DNA of 64,000 bases from an uncultured Fluviicola sp. (GTDB taxonomy: Bacteria; Bacteroidota; Bacteroidia; Flavobacteriales_D; Crocinitomicaceae), in contig CAZXRU010000013.1 of the NCBI GenBank assembly GCA_964643345.1, positions 13,449 to 77,448 of the forward strand, in the 5' to 3' direction. Under the pieces are notes generated by a model. The model was not told where the DNA came from and ran no database searches. It saw nothing but the letters and a program-made list of their open reading frames with translations. The translations under genes and the position numbers were made by a program. Below are positions 9,767 through 18,285 of this stretch, one piece after another. Numbering within the stretch: position 1 is the first letter of the stretch; the number at the start of each line of letters is the position of its first letter.

Positions 9767-10345
9767 CTATCTACGCGGAGTTTTTTTCCTTCCACCCATC
9801 ATTTGTGCCATGCGCATTTGGTTCTTGGAAGGAGCTACTTGCATTTGTTTCTGCATTTGATTGATCTGCTCTTTCATCATTCCAGAAGTGTCCAATTTCT
9901 TTGCCTCAGCAAGTAACGTCAACGATTCCGTTTTACGTCCAGTTTGCGCACAAATTCCCGCTAAGTGCATTCTTGCTACGGCATTGTCCTGTCCAGTTCT
10001 CAATCCCATTGAAATTGCCTTTCGTAACAACTCTTCACTTTTCGCAAACCCAAGTTCTTGAGTTCCAAGAACAGCTTGTAAAAACAATACATAAGCATGT
10101 TGCTTTCTCGGTAAAAACTGTGGGTGAGTAATTTTATTGATTTGCTTTTTTGCCTTCTCGGTATCTCCCATTCTCATCGCATTCAGCGCTAAAATCATCT
10201 TTTCATTTCTGAAAAAAGAGAAACCTACAATTGCCGATACAAATATCATCACAATTCCCCAACCCCAGTAGCCATTGTAAAATAGTGCTACTGTAAAAAA
10301 CAAAGATGCTGCAGCTAAAACACAGCGAATAATAAATCCAATCAT
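9767..10345 (-). CDS. Membrane protein with two N-terminal TM helices, a TPR-like helical domain and a Gln/Met-rich basic tail (function unknown)
   Basis: 192 aa. Hydrophobic N-terminus (IIRCVLAAASLFFTVALF; GIVMIFVSAIVGFSFF) then an amphipathic helical repeat region. Packed between ridA and the methyltransferase with 1-2 nt gaps. Confidence 0.6.
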   Translation of the reverse strand: MIGFIIRCVLAAASLFFTVALFYNGYWGWGIVMIFVSAIVGFSFFRNEKMILALNAMRMGDTEKAKKQINKITHPQFLPRKQHAYVLFLQAVLGTQELGFAKSEELLRKAISMGLRTGQDNAVARMHLAGICAQTGRKTESLTLLAEAKKLDTSGMMKEQINQMQKQMQVAPSKNQMRMAQMMGGRKKTPRR

Positions 10346-10347
10346 AA

Positions 10348-10785
10348 CTAGTTAATTGTTGCTATACATTTTAATTCAATGGCAATAGGAGTTGGTAGCG
10401 CGTTTATTTCTACCGTAGTTCGACAGGGCAAATTGTCCTTGAAGTACTCCGCATATATTCGGTTATACGTCTGAAAGTCTCTTTTCATGTTCACTAAAAA
10501 CACTGTCACATCGACCAATTGATCCCAACTCGACCCAGATTCTTCCAAAATTATTCTCACATTATCAAATACGCTTCTGCACTGTTTCTCAAAATCAAAT
10601 GCGATAAAGTTTCCGTTTTTATCCAATTCTAATCCAGGTACTGCTGAGTCGGTTGCATCTGAACCTGCTGTTCTCGGTCCAACCCCAGAGAGAAAAAGTA
10701 AATTGCCCACTTTTCTAGCGTGAGGATACAACCCAACTGGTTTTGGTGCTTTTTCTGTTGAAATTCTTTCGTTGTTCGACATCAT
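10348..10785 (-). CDS. ridA: RidA/YjgF/L-PSP family protein
   Basis: 145 aa. GNLLFLSGVGP, VDVTVFLVNMKDF..YN..Y and CRTTVEINALP..IAIELKC resemble the RidA family. The specific subfamily is uncertain. Confidence 0.8.
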   Translation of the reverse strand: MMSNNERISTEKAPKPVGLYPHARKVGNLLFLSGVGPRTAGSDATDSAVPGLELDKNGNFIAFDFEKQCRSVFDNVRIILEESGSSWDQLVDVTVFLVNMKRDFQTYNRIYAEYFKDNLPCRTTVEINALPTPIAIELKCIATIN

Positions 10786-10880
10786 TGCGTAATTTGTTGC
10801 AAATATAAAGAGTATTCAAGGATAATTAAAGTTTTAATACTATTTCATTCGTGGTATTCATTTTGTATGGGGATAAAAAA

Positions 10881-10888
10881 TAAATTTG
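10881..10888 (+). promoter_or_regulatory. Candidate -7 promoter box TAAATTTG
   Basis: Exact TAnnTTTG match ending 4 nt before the ATG at 10893. This would give a leaderless or near-leaderless mRNA. Confidence 0.35.
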
Positions 10889-10892
10889 CACC

Positions 10893-11567
10893 ATGAAAGG
10901 TAATCTCATTTTTGCTGTTGTCGTGTTTCTGATCGGATGCTCAGGTTGTATTGAGATTGTCGATGATTTATCCTTAAATCAAGATGGTTCAGGGACATTC
11001 AAATATTCGATTAACCTGAGTTCGAGTAAAGTAAAAGTGAACTCACTATTAGCTTTAGATAGTTTAGACGGTAAAAAAGTTCCATCCATTGACGAAATTT
11101 CTTCAAGAATCAATCATGTTGTAGCGCAGTTAAAAACAATGGACGGCATTTCGAACGTGCATGCTGAAACAAATTTTAATGATTTCATTTTTAAACTTGA
11201 ATGTGATTTTGAATCAGTCACTCATCTCCAAAAAGCCATCAAAGAAATCGTTAATCAAGAATCCAAGACGACAGTTCCTGAGCTGAGCACACATTGGTTA
11301 CAGTTTGATGACAATACATTGGTTCGCTCCATACCACAGATTACAATTCAGAAAGTGGCAGACATGAAAAAAGAAGATTCGGAAATGCTTAAATCTGGAA
11401 TATATACTTCTATCACTCGTTTTGAAGATGATGTAGATTCCTTCACAAATCCAACCGCTAAAAAATCAAAAAACAACAAAGCCGTTATGTTGCGTACAGA
11501 TCCATACACGCTTACGCAGAACCCAAGTGTGTTGGACAATACAATTTCTCTCGTAAATACTCAATAG
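10893..11567 (+). CDS. Predicted lipoprotein, function unknown
   Basis: 224 aa. Signal peptide with lipobox-like LIGC (Cys16). I recognise no catalytic motif. Confidence 0.65.
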   Translation: MKGNLIFAVVVFLIGCSGCIEIVDDLSLNQDGSGTFKYSINLSSSKVKVNSLLALDSLDGKKVPSIDEISSRINHVVAQLKTMDGISNVHAETNFNDFIFKLECDFESVTHLQKAIKEIVNQESKTTVPELSTHWLQFDDNTLVRSIPQITIQKVADMKKEDSEMLKSGIYTSITRFEDDVDSFTNPTAKKSKNNKAVMLRTDPYTLTQNPSVLDNTISLVNTQ

Positions 11568-11628
11568 CATTCTTGCTTTTTGTACTTTTACATGAAATAT
11601 CCCCTATCGCAAGGATAAACAGTTAATT

Positions 11629-13506
11629 ATGAAGTTTCTTAATGCACTATTGTTTTGTGGTTTCGCTGTGGCGGGAACTGCTCAAATGTCTGAATCATTG
11701 GTTCCTAAAGATGCAGTATCTGTGTTTACCATCAATAATATCAATCTTTTCCAAAAAATTTCATTGGATGAATTGATCAGTTACGAGTTCATGGAAGAAA
11801 TTCAACAAGAGTTGTTTGACGGTTCAACGGCAGGAAAAACGCTGAAAGACACAGGATTTGATTTCAATCAGAAGTTTAACGTCTTTTTTGGAACCGGAGA
11901 TAATTTTGAAATTTCAGGTTTTACCTTTGGTATTGAAAATAAAGATCAACTTTTCGAGGTTTTTGACGATTTTGACCAAGTGGAAAGTAACTATTCTGGA
12001 GTTGAGTTTTACGTCTCTTACTTCAATCAAATTGCAATAAAAGGAAATTCTGGAATTCTTTACCGCGTTACACCAAACGATCGATTAATCAATGAAATAA
12101 CAGATTCTATTTGGTATGCAAATGGCAACGAATATCCATGGTTCAATGATTACGACTATTTTCCAGACGAAGTGGAAGAAGCAGAAATACTGGAACAATT
12201 TCCAGATGAACTTGAGACAGAGACGCACACTTCCAATCCAACTGAAAATGAAGAACTACCAATAGCAGACGAAAATCCAATTGAAAAAAACTATTATGAA
12301 TGCCGAGATTCTGTAGAGGTTTCCTTTCAACAAAAGTTTCTTAAGGAAGTAAATGATGATTTGTTTGTCAAAGGAAATAATCTTCTTAAATCCGACCCGG
12401 AATTTGCAGAGCAGTTGAAAAAAAATGTAGAAGGTAGCTTTTACATCAATAACTCAAAAATAATGAGCCGAAACTATAATTTGGATTATATGCACACCAT
12501 TTATCCTTCTTTGTATAACGATATTACTAATCTATATGGAAGCAGTGTTATTGTGGGTGATTTGGTTATTAATGACAATTCCATTGATATGCACATGGAT
12601 GCAAAGTATGGAGATCGACTTGGGTCAATCTATGAGAAACTAACTGATACCAAGTTTGATAAAAATTTCTTCAAATATATTCATCGTGATAATAAGGGCT
12701 TCTTCACCTACCGAGTGAATCTTCGAGAAGCATACGAACAAGCCTACGATGTTATTGTACCTATACTGGAGCGAGAAGCTGAAAACAGCAATGACATATC
12801 TTTGAGCTTGTTAACTATGGAATTCATGGATGAATTTCTGAATAAGGATGCCATTTTTGATACCTACCGCGGTGGAATGTTTGGAACATTTAATGGAATT
12901 CAGAAGGTGAAGACCAAAAAAGTAATTTTCGAGTACAACGAAGATACCTTTGAGTACACCGAAGAAATTGTTGAAGCTGAAGAAGATATGCCAGTTTTCA
13001 CACTTGGATTTTCAACGGATAGATCGGATTTAGTGGAGCGATTTGTTAACCGCATTGCGAAAGTTGCAAGTACTTGGAAACGTGAGGGAGATTACATTGT
13101 CATTGAAAATGGAATGCTGAATGCAGCACCTTTGTACTTGATTGTTAAGAACGATCTATTTATTGTGACTAATGATAGTGATTTGGCTCTAAATAATTCA
13201 AATGGTTATGGAGGAAATGCACTTGATAAAAAGACGCAGAAAACAGTAAAAAAGAGTGGTGTACTATACGCATATAGCGACTTAGGAAAAGCAATGGAGG
13301 GATTGCCACGTAATATCTTCAGTGAAAGAGAAAACCATATTATTGACGTTACACGTGGAAAAACAGGTTCGCTGGAATTTAGTTCAACACAAACTTCCAA
13401 AAACAAAACATCATTCAACCTTACCTATAATTTTGAAGGAGAGTACGACGCCTCAAGTACATATATTCTTGATTTGATCAATAGTTTATACGTTATTGCA
13501 AAATAA
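11629..13506 (+). CDS. Secreted protein, function unknown
   Basis: 625 aa. Cleavable signal peptide (MKFLNALLFCGFAVAGTAQ) and an acidic linker around residues 170-215 (EVEEAEILEQFPDELETE...). Confidence 0.65.
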   Translation: MKFLNALLFCGFAVAGTAQMSESLVPKDAVSVFTINNINLFQKISLDELISYEFMEEIQQELFDGSTAGKTLKDTGFDFNQKFNVFFGTGDNFEISGFTFGIENKDQLFEVFDDFDQVESNYSGVEFYVSYFNQIAIKGNSGILYRVTPNDRLINEITDSIWYANGNEYPWFNDYDYFPDEVEEAEILEQFPDELETETHTSNPTENEELPIADENPIEKNYYECRDSVEVSFQQKFLKEVNDDLFVKGNNLLKSDPEFAEQLKKNVEGSFYINNSKIMSRNYNLDYMHTIYPSLYNDITNLYGSSVIVGDLVINDNSIDMHMDAKYGDRLGSIYEKLTDTKFDKNFFKYIHRDNKGFFTYRVNLREAYEQAYDVIVPILEREAENSNDISLSLLTMEFMDEFLNKDAIFDTYRGGMFGTFNGIQKVKTKKVIFEYNEDTFEYTEEIVEAEEDMPVFTLGFSTDRSDLVERFVNRIAKVASTWKREGDYIVIENGMLNAAPLYLIVKNDLFIVTNDSDLALNNSNGYGGNALDKKTQKTVKKSGVLYAYSDLGKAMEGLPRNIFSERENHIIDVTRGKTGSLEFSSTQTSKNKTSFNLTYNFEGEYDASSTYILDLINSLYVIAK

Positions 13507-13515
13507 GGCGCGTCA

Positions 13516-14859
13516 ATGGCACGAAATTTATTTGTCATTTTTATTCTCGCTGGGGCACTCGCCATCACGCTCTATTTAAAGCCCTGGATTACAGAGGATG
13601 ATCTACCACCGCGGATCTACGACCGCCTGCCGGAAGGTGAAGTCATCGGTCAAAGTGATGTGCTGGAACTGTCCCGAACACTTTCGAAAACACTTTATTA
13701 TTACAAAGTACCATTCCGCGATTTTTTATCTCCAGACTTTCTTTTAAGTCAGGGTAAAAACTATGGTTTGAACTTTCAAGAGCCTGTTTATTTCTTTGCG
13801 AATGAAAAAAACAATGCATTCATCGATGGAGGAATTATGGTATCCATACGTGATAGCAGTAAAGTACAGGCTGGTATTAGTTACTTCAAGAAGATAACTA
13901 CCATTTCTGAAGAACCGTTTCTCAAAACCAAAATTTACCGGATTGCTGGGAAGGATATCTCTATGGTGTATGGCGATGACTGGTTGTTCGTTTTTTTTGG
14001 AAAGAACTACAAACCCGTTATCAGAAATGTAATCAGCGTGAAGCGAAATGAAATTTTACCAAAATGGCGTGAATTCTTCAATCAGAAAATCTCCACGGAT
14101 CGACCAATTCATGCGCAACTTCATATAGATAAACTGGAAGAATTCGGGATCGAATCAGCGATGTTGTCAATGACCAATGATTCAAGCAGTTTAACTTTTC
14201 ATGCAGTGATTACTCAATTCGACACCTTGTCATTTCAGCTAAAAGCGCAAGGACCATCCTTTGAACGGCAAGAATTTACTAAGAATATGACGAGCCTTCA
14301 TTTTGATGTGAATCGATTAAAAAACAGTGAAAACGACCCCATCGCAATTATACTTAAGAAACTTGGAGGAAAAGTAAATTTTCCAACAGAAAAGTTTTTG
14401 CAGCATTGGGACGGAGATGTTTCCTACCGTCAAGGAGGCTACCAGACGATTAAGGAAAAATACATTACCACTGACCTGGATGAAAACTTTGAGGTGAGTG
14501 AAGTGGTAAAATACAAGGACGTAAAAATCTCAGGTTTCGATTTATATATTTCAATGAATGATCCCAAGCATACCTTTTTAGCAACATTAATGGAGAAAGG
14601 ACTAATTACAGAAAGCGAAAATAAGTACCGCTTTTTATTCTCACCTCCTTTCTATATCAGAAAATCAGATACCGCTTTGACTTTTCATACGAGTGCTTAC
14701 CGCCCCAAAATTGTACAGGACTCTACCAATACGGTTCTCTGGACTTTGGATTACACACCAGTTCAGTTTTACATTGATTCAACAAAAACGAAATCAGTGT
14801 ATGGTCACATTCACGTCCCACTGCAAAAACTGATTGCGGATTACTTAACTCCTCTATAA
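13516..14859 (+). CDS. N-terminally membrane-anchored protein, function unknown
   Basis: 447 aa. Single N-terminal TM helix (LFVIFILAGALAITLYL). Starts 9 nt after the previous gene. Confidence 0.65.
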   Translation: MARNLFVIFILAGALAITLYLKPWITEDDLPPRIYDRLPEGEVIGQSDVLELSRTLSKTLYYYKVPFRDFLSPDFLLSQGKNYGLNFQEPVYFFANEKNNAFIDGGIMVSIRDSSKVQAGISYFKKITTISEEPFLKTKIYRIAGKDISMVYGDDWLFVFFGKNYKPVIRNVISVKRNEILPKWREFFNQKISTDRPIHAQLHIDKLEEFGIESAMLSMTNDSSSLTFHAVITQFDTLSFQLKAQGPSFERQEFTKNMTSLHFDVNRLKNSENDPIAIILKKLGGKVNFPTEKFLQHWDGDVSYRQGGYQTIKEKYITTDLDENFEVSEVVKYKDVKISGFDLYISMNDPKHTFLATLMEKGLITESENKYRFLFSPPFYIRKSDTALTFHTSAYRPKIVQDSTNTVLWTLDYTPVQFYIDSTKTKSVYGHIHVPLQKLIADYLTPL

Positions 14860-14960
14860 TAAACTCATTAGAAATTCGATTGAAATAAATAATCTTTCAG
14901 TTTGATTCTCTCGAAATGGAGCTTTTGTAGCAAAACTTTGTATCTTTAAGAAAAAAAACA

Positions 14961-16331
14961 ATGAAAACTTCTCTGTGCATTCTTTCTCTTTTTATTGCAT
15001 CTCAGCTAACTGCCCAATCGACAATTATGGTCGGAACAACAGAGGTTGAGGTCGACACGGTGTATTCAGGTTTGGATATTCCATGGGAAATTATTTATGG
15101 TGCAGATGATCATCTCTGGACGACAGAAAGACGAGGAATTATAAGTCGAATAAACCCTGTTCTGAATACAAAGACAGTTATTTTAGATCTAACAGCACAG
15201 GTGTACAATAGCGCGGAATCAGGTTTACTTGGCATGGCATTGCATCCCAATTTTTCGGTAACTCCTGAAGTTTTCTTTGCCTACACTTATCTCGATGGTT
15301 CGGATATCAAAGAACGTATTGTGAAATACACGTACAATGGAACGAATTTAGTTTCACCCCAAACTTTAATTGAAGATATCACTGGAAATACAACACACAT
15401 TGGCGCTCGATTCCATTTTATGGATGACGGTACGTTACTCGTTTCCACTGGTGATGCGCAGAATACATCATTGCCACAAAACTTAAGTTCGTTGAGCGGT
15501 AAAATACTGCGAATGAACACAGATGGATCTATCCCAGCCGATAACCCAATAGGTGGAAGTTATGTCTATTCATTCGGTCACCGCAATGTTCAAGGTATCA
15601 TGCAAGCTCCGAATGGAATTATCTATTTATCTGAACATGGAGCATCTACGGATGATGAATTTCAAATACTTGAAGAAAACCGCAATTATGGGTGGCCAAA
15701 TGTCGAAGGATTTTGTGATCCAGGACCTGAAGAAACCTTTTGCCTTGCGAACAACGTAAAAGAACCACTGGTAGTATGGACCCCAACCATCGCTCCTTCT
15801 GATATGATCTATTATGAAAATCCTGAGTTCCCTGAGTTCGATGGCAAGGTACTAATGACGGTTCTAAAGGACAAACGCGTAGTTGCCATTGAATTAAATG
15901 CCGCCGGAACCCAAGTGGTCGATCAAACTGATTATTTGGTGAATGCTTTTGGTCGTTTACGCGATATCTGTGTCGGACCAAACAATGAAATCTATTTAGC
16001 GACGAACGGACCGTTTTGGTCAAATACAAATCCAAACACACACAACATTGTGGTTTTAAGACCAGCTTCATCGGCGAGCGTAAAACAGCTAGATGATTCA
16101 ACCATTGAGATTTTTCCAAATCCGGTCTCGGATTTGTTGCAGGTGACCATTTCAGCAGACTTGATTGGAAGCGAGGCGAAAATAGTTGATGCACAAGGTA
16201 AACTAATATCTACTCAGCAGTTAACAGCCATTAATACTGGTATATCAACTGGAAACTTAGTTGGTGGCCTCTACTTCCTACACGTTGAAAAACAAAATGG
16301 CGCAACGATTACAAAACGTTTTAGTAAGTAA
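14961..16331 (+). CDS. PQQ-dependent sugar (glucose/sorbosone) dehydrogenase-like beta-propeller with T9SS type-A CTD
   Basis: 456 aa with a signal peptide. GLLGMALHPNF, YSFGHRNVQG and NYGWP motifs of soluble GSDH-type propellers. C-terminal IEIFPNPVSDLLQV...GLYFLHVE sorting domain. Confidence 0.8.
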   Translation: MKTSLCILSLFIASQLTAQSTIMVGTTEVEVDTVYSGLDIPWEIIYGADDHLWTTERRGIISRINPVLNTKTVILDLTAQVYNSAESGLLGMALHPNFSVTPEVFFAYTYLDGSDIKERIVKYTYNGTNLVSPQTLIEDITGNTTHIGARFHFMDDGTLLVSTGDAQNTSLPQNLSSLSGKILRMNTDGSIPADNPIGGSYVYSFGHRNVQGIMQAPNGIIYLSEHGASTDDEFQILEENRNYGWPNVEGFCDPGPEETFCLANNVKEPLVVWTPTIAPSDMIYYENPEFPEFDGKVLMTVLKDKRVVAIELNAAGTQVVDQTDYLVNAFGRLRDICVGPNNEIYLATNGPFWSNTNPNTHNIVVLRPASSASVKQLDDSTIEIFPNPVSDLLQVTISADLIGSEAKIVDAQGKLISTQQLTAINTGISTGNLVGGLYFLHVEKQNGATITKRFSK

Positions 16332-16508
16332 CTACACTTTAATTCATTTTGCGGCTTATTTATCTGAACATTAGCTATTTGTGATGTGTTCCGCTGGAAT
16401 TTTCTTATAATCCAGTCCGAACATCAACAAAAGTATGTCAATAACTATGCGTTTTTTTCTTGTACAGATAGCTCAATTCCCAGTATATTGACAGGAAAAA
16501 CCCTCACT

Positions 16509-17834
16509 ATGCCAAAGAAGAAAAAGATCTACGTGTTAGACACATCCGTATTACTTCACGACCATCAAGCAATTACTAAATTTAAAACGAACGATGTAGC
16601 TATTCCCATTACCGTGCTGGAAGAGTTAGATAATTTCAAGATTGGTAATGATACAAAGAACTTCTCTGCCCGTGAGGTAATTCGATACATCGATAAGTTG
16701 TCGATTACTGTTAGTTTACAGGAGTGGATTTCTCTCGGTAAAGAACTAGGTAAATTTAAAATTATACTTGAATCGAATCCAACAGGTCTCAATGCCGAGC
16801 ATATTTATGCGAAAGGTAAAAACGATCATAAAATAATTAACGCAGCGCTACATTTAAAGGAAACTGAAACAAAAAGTGATGTTATACTTGTAACGAAAGA
16901 CATTAATCTTCGCATAAAAGCAAAGGCATTAGGTATTCAATCTGAAGATTTTAAAACGGACAAAGTTGATACGGAACTAACGAAATCCTCTAGTGTTTGC
17001 ACAATTGAAAATGTCGATTCGGAACAAATCCGTCAGATTTTTACCAAAGGTCGCATTGAAGAAAACGGGATTTTAGGCACCCACAAGATTGCGAATGGCT
17101 ACTATATTCTGAAAAATGGAAAATCGTCTTCGTTGGCGGTCTACAATCCCCATCTAGATCACTTGGAGCGCATTGAAAAGGAGTTTGTTTACGGAATAAA
17201 GCCGAAGAACGCTGAACAAGCCTTTGCGTTGAATGCTTTGCTGAATGAAGATGTTAAGCTTGTCGCGTTGCAAGGTGTGGCTGGGACCGGTAAAACCCTT
17301 CTTGCATTAGCTTCTGCGTTAGAGCAAAGTAAAAAGTTTCAGCAAATTATCTTAGCTCGACCAATCGTTCCACTTTCCAACAAAGAGATTGGCTTTTTAC
17401 CTGGAGATGCCAATGATAAAATTGGACCTTACATGGAACCACTCTGGGATAATTTAAAGTTCATTAAATCTCAGTTCGGTGAAAATGAAAAAAAACACAA
17501 GGCGATTACGGAGTTACAAGAAAGTGGAAAAATCGTCATTACACCGCTCGCATTTATACGTGGAAGAAGTTTGTCCAATATTATATTTATCGTTGATGAG
17601 GCGCAAAATCTAACCCCTCATGAGGTAAAAACGATTATCACAAGAGCTGGGGAAAACACGAAAATAATTTTCACAGGTGACATCAATCAAATTGACACAC
17701 CCTATTTGGATGAACACAGCAATGGATTAGCTTATTTAGTGGATAAGTTGAACGGTCAAAAACTGTTTGCACATGTCAAGTTAGAAAAAGGTGAACGCTC
17801 TGAACTTGCAAATTTAGCGAACGAATTGCTGTAA
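16509..17834 (+). CDS. PIN-domain/PhoH-like ATPase (YlaK-type)
   Basis: N-terminal PIN domain (VLDTSVLLHD...PITVLEELD...LVTKDINLRIKA). PhoH NTPase with Walker A GVAGTGKT and Walker B IIFIVDEAQNL. I prefer the ATG at 16509 (MPKKKKIYVLDT) over the GTG at 16386. Confidence 0.88.
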   Translation: MPKKKKIYVLDTSVLLHDHQAITKFKTNDVAIPITVLEELDNFKIGNDTKNFSAREVIRYIDKLSITVSLQEWISLGKELGKFKIILESNPTGLNAEHIYAKGKNDHKIINAALHLKETETKSDVILVTKDINLRIKAKALGIQSEDFKTDKVDTELTKSSSVCTIENVDSEQIRQIFTKGRIEENGILGTHKIANGYYILKNGKSSSLAVYNPHLDHLERIEKEFVYGIKPKNAEQAFALNALLNEDVKLVALQGVAGTGKTLLALASALEQSKKFQQIILARPIVPLSNKEIGFLPGDANDKIGPYMEPLWDNLKFIKSQFGENEKKHKAITELQESGKIVITPLAFIRGRSLSNIIFIVDEAQNLTPHEVKTIITRAGENTKIIFTGDINQIDTPYLDEHSNGLAYLVDKLNGQKLFAHVKLEKGERSELANLANELL

Positions 17835-17835
17835 A

Positions 17836-18285
17836 CTAGTCTTCAAAAAACAGGCGACCATTGATCCATTCTGGATCGAGGACGGCTCCCTTTTTTCTGT
17901 AAAACGACAGTGCTGGTTCATTCCAGTCGAGCACTTGCCAATCCATGCGTTTTACCTTGCGTGCTTTGGCAATTTCAACCACCTTGTCAAACAAAAGTGA
18001 TCCAGCTCCATTTTTGCGTTCTTCTTCCAACACGAATAAATCTTCCAAGTAAATACATGGTCCCTTCCAAGTAGAATAGGACGTGAAATAGATCGCAAAA
18101 CCTATGATTCTCTTCTCAACTTCAGCTACAATTCCTTCACAAATCTTTGTTTCAAACAGATCACGGTGCAAACCCTCTTCACTATTAACCACTTGTTCTG
18201 GTGCATTCTCATAAAGCGCTAAACCCTTAATCAAATCTAGCACTGCTTTTACATCTTTTGGTTCGATGGAGCGAATCTTCATCAC
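17836..18285 (-). CDS. GNAT family N-acetyltransferase
   Basis: 149 aa. Acetyl-CoA binding motif A context LFVLEEERKNGAGSLLF. Its start overlaps the sprA stop by 4 nt. Confidence 0.8.
   Translation of the reverse strand: MMKIRSIEPKDVKAVLDLIKGLALYENAPEQVVNSEEGLHRDLFETKICEGIVAEVEKRIIGFAIYFTSYSTWKGPCIYLEDLFVLEEERKNGAGSLLFDKVVEIAKARKVKRMDWQVLDWNEPALSFYRKKGAVLDPEWINGRLFFED

Noticed and set aside
9766-9795. 29-nt overlap between the TPR-like membrane protein gene and the methyltransferase ORF
   Set aside because: The overlap disappears if the methyltransferase starts at the internal ATG (9765), which directly follows the upstream stop. It is most likely an ORF-caller artefact rather than a real overlap or frameshift.
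15646-16194. 182-aa antisense ORF. Similar nested antisense ORFs occur at 4458-4850, 27573-27968, 44033-44416, 48034-48435, 50325-50693 and 54478-54918.
   Set aside because: Each is embedded opposite a gene with unambiguous family motifs (GSDH, MgtE, MaeB, helicase, flippase, kinase, OMP). None has motifs or plausible start contexts.
16386-16508. N-terminal 41-codon extension of the PIN-PhoH gene from a GTG start
   Set aside because: The extension has no homology-like features. The ATG at 16509 gives the typical MPKKKK-IYVLDTSVL PIN N-terminus.
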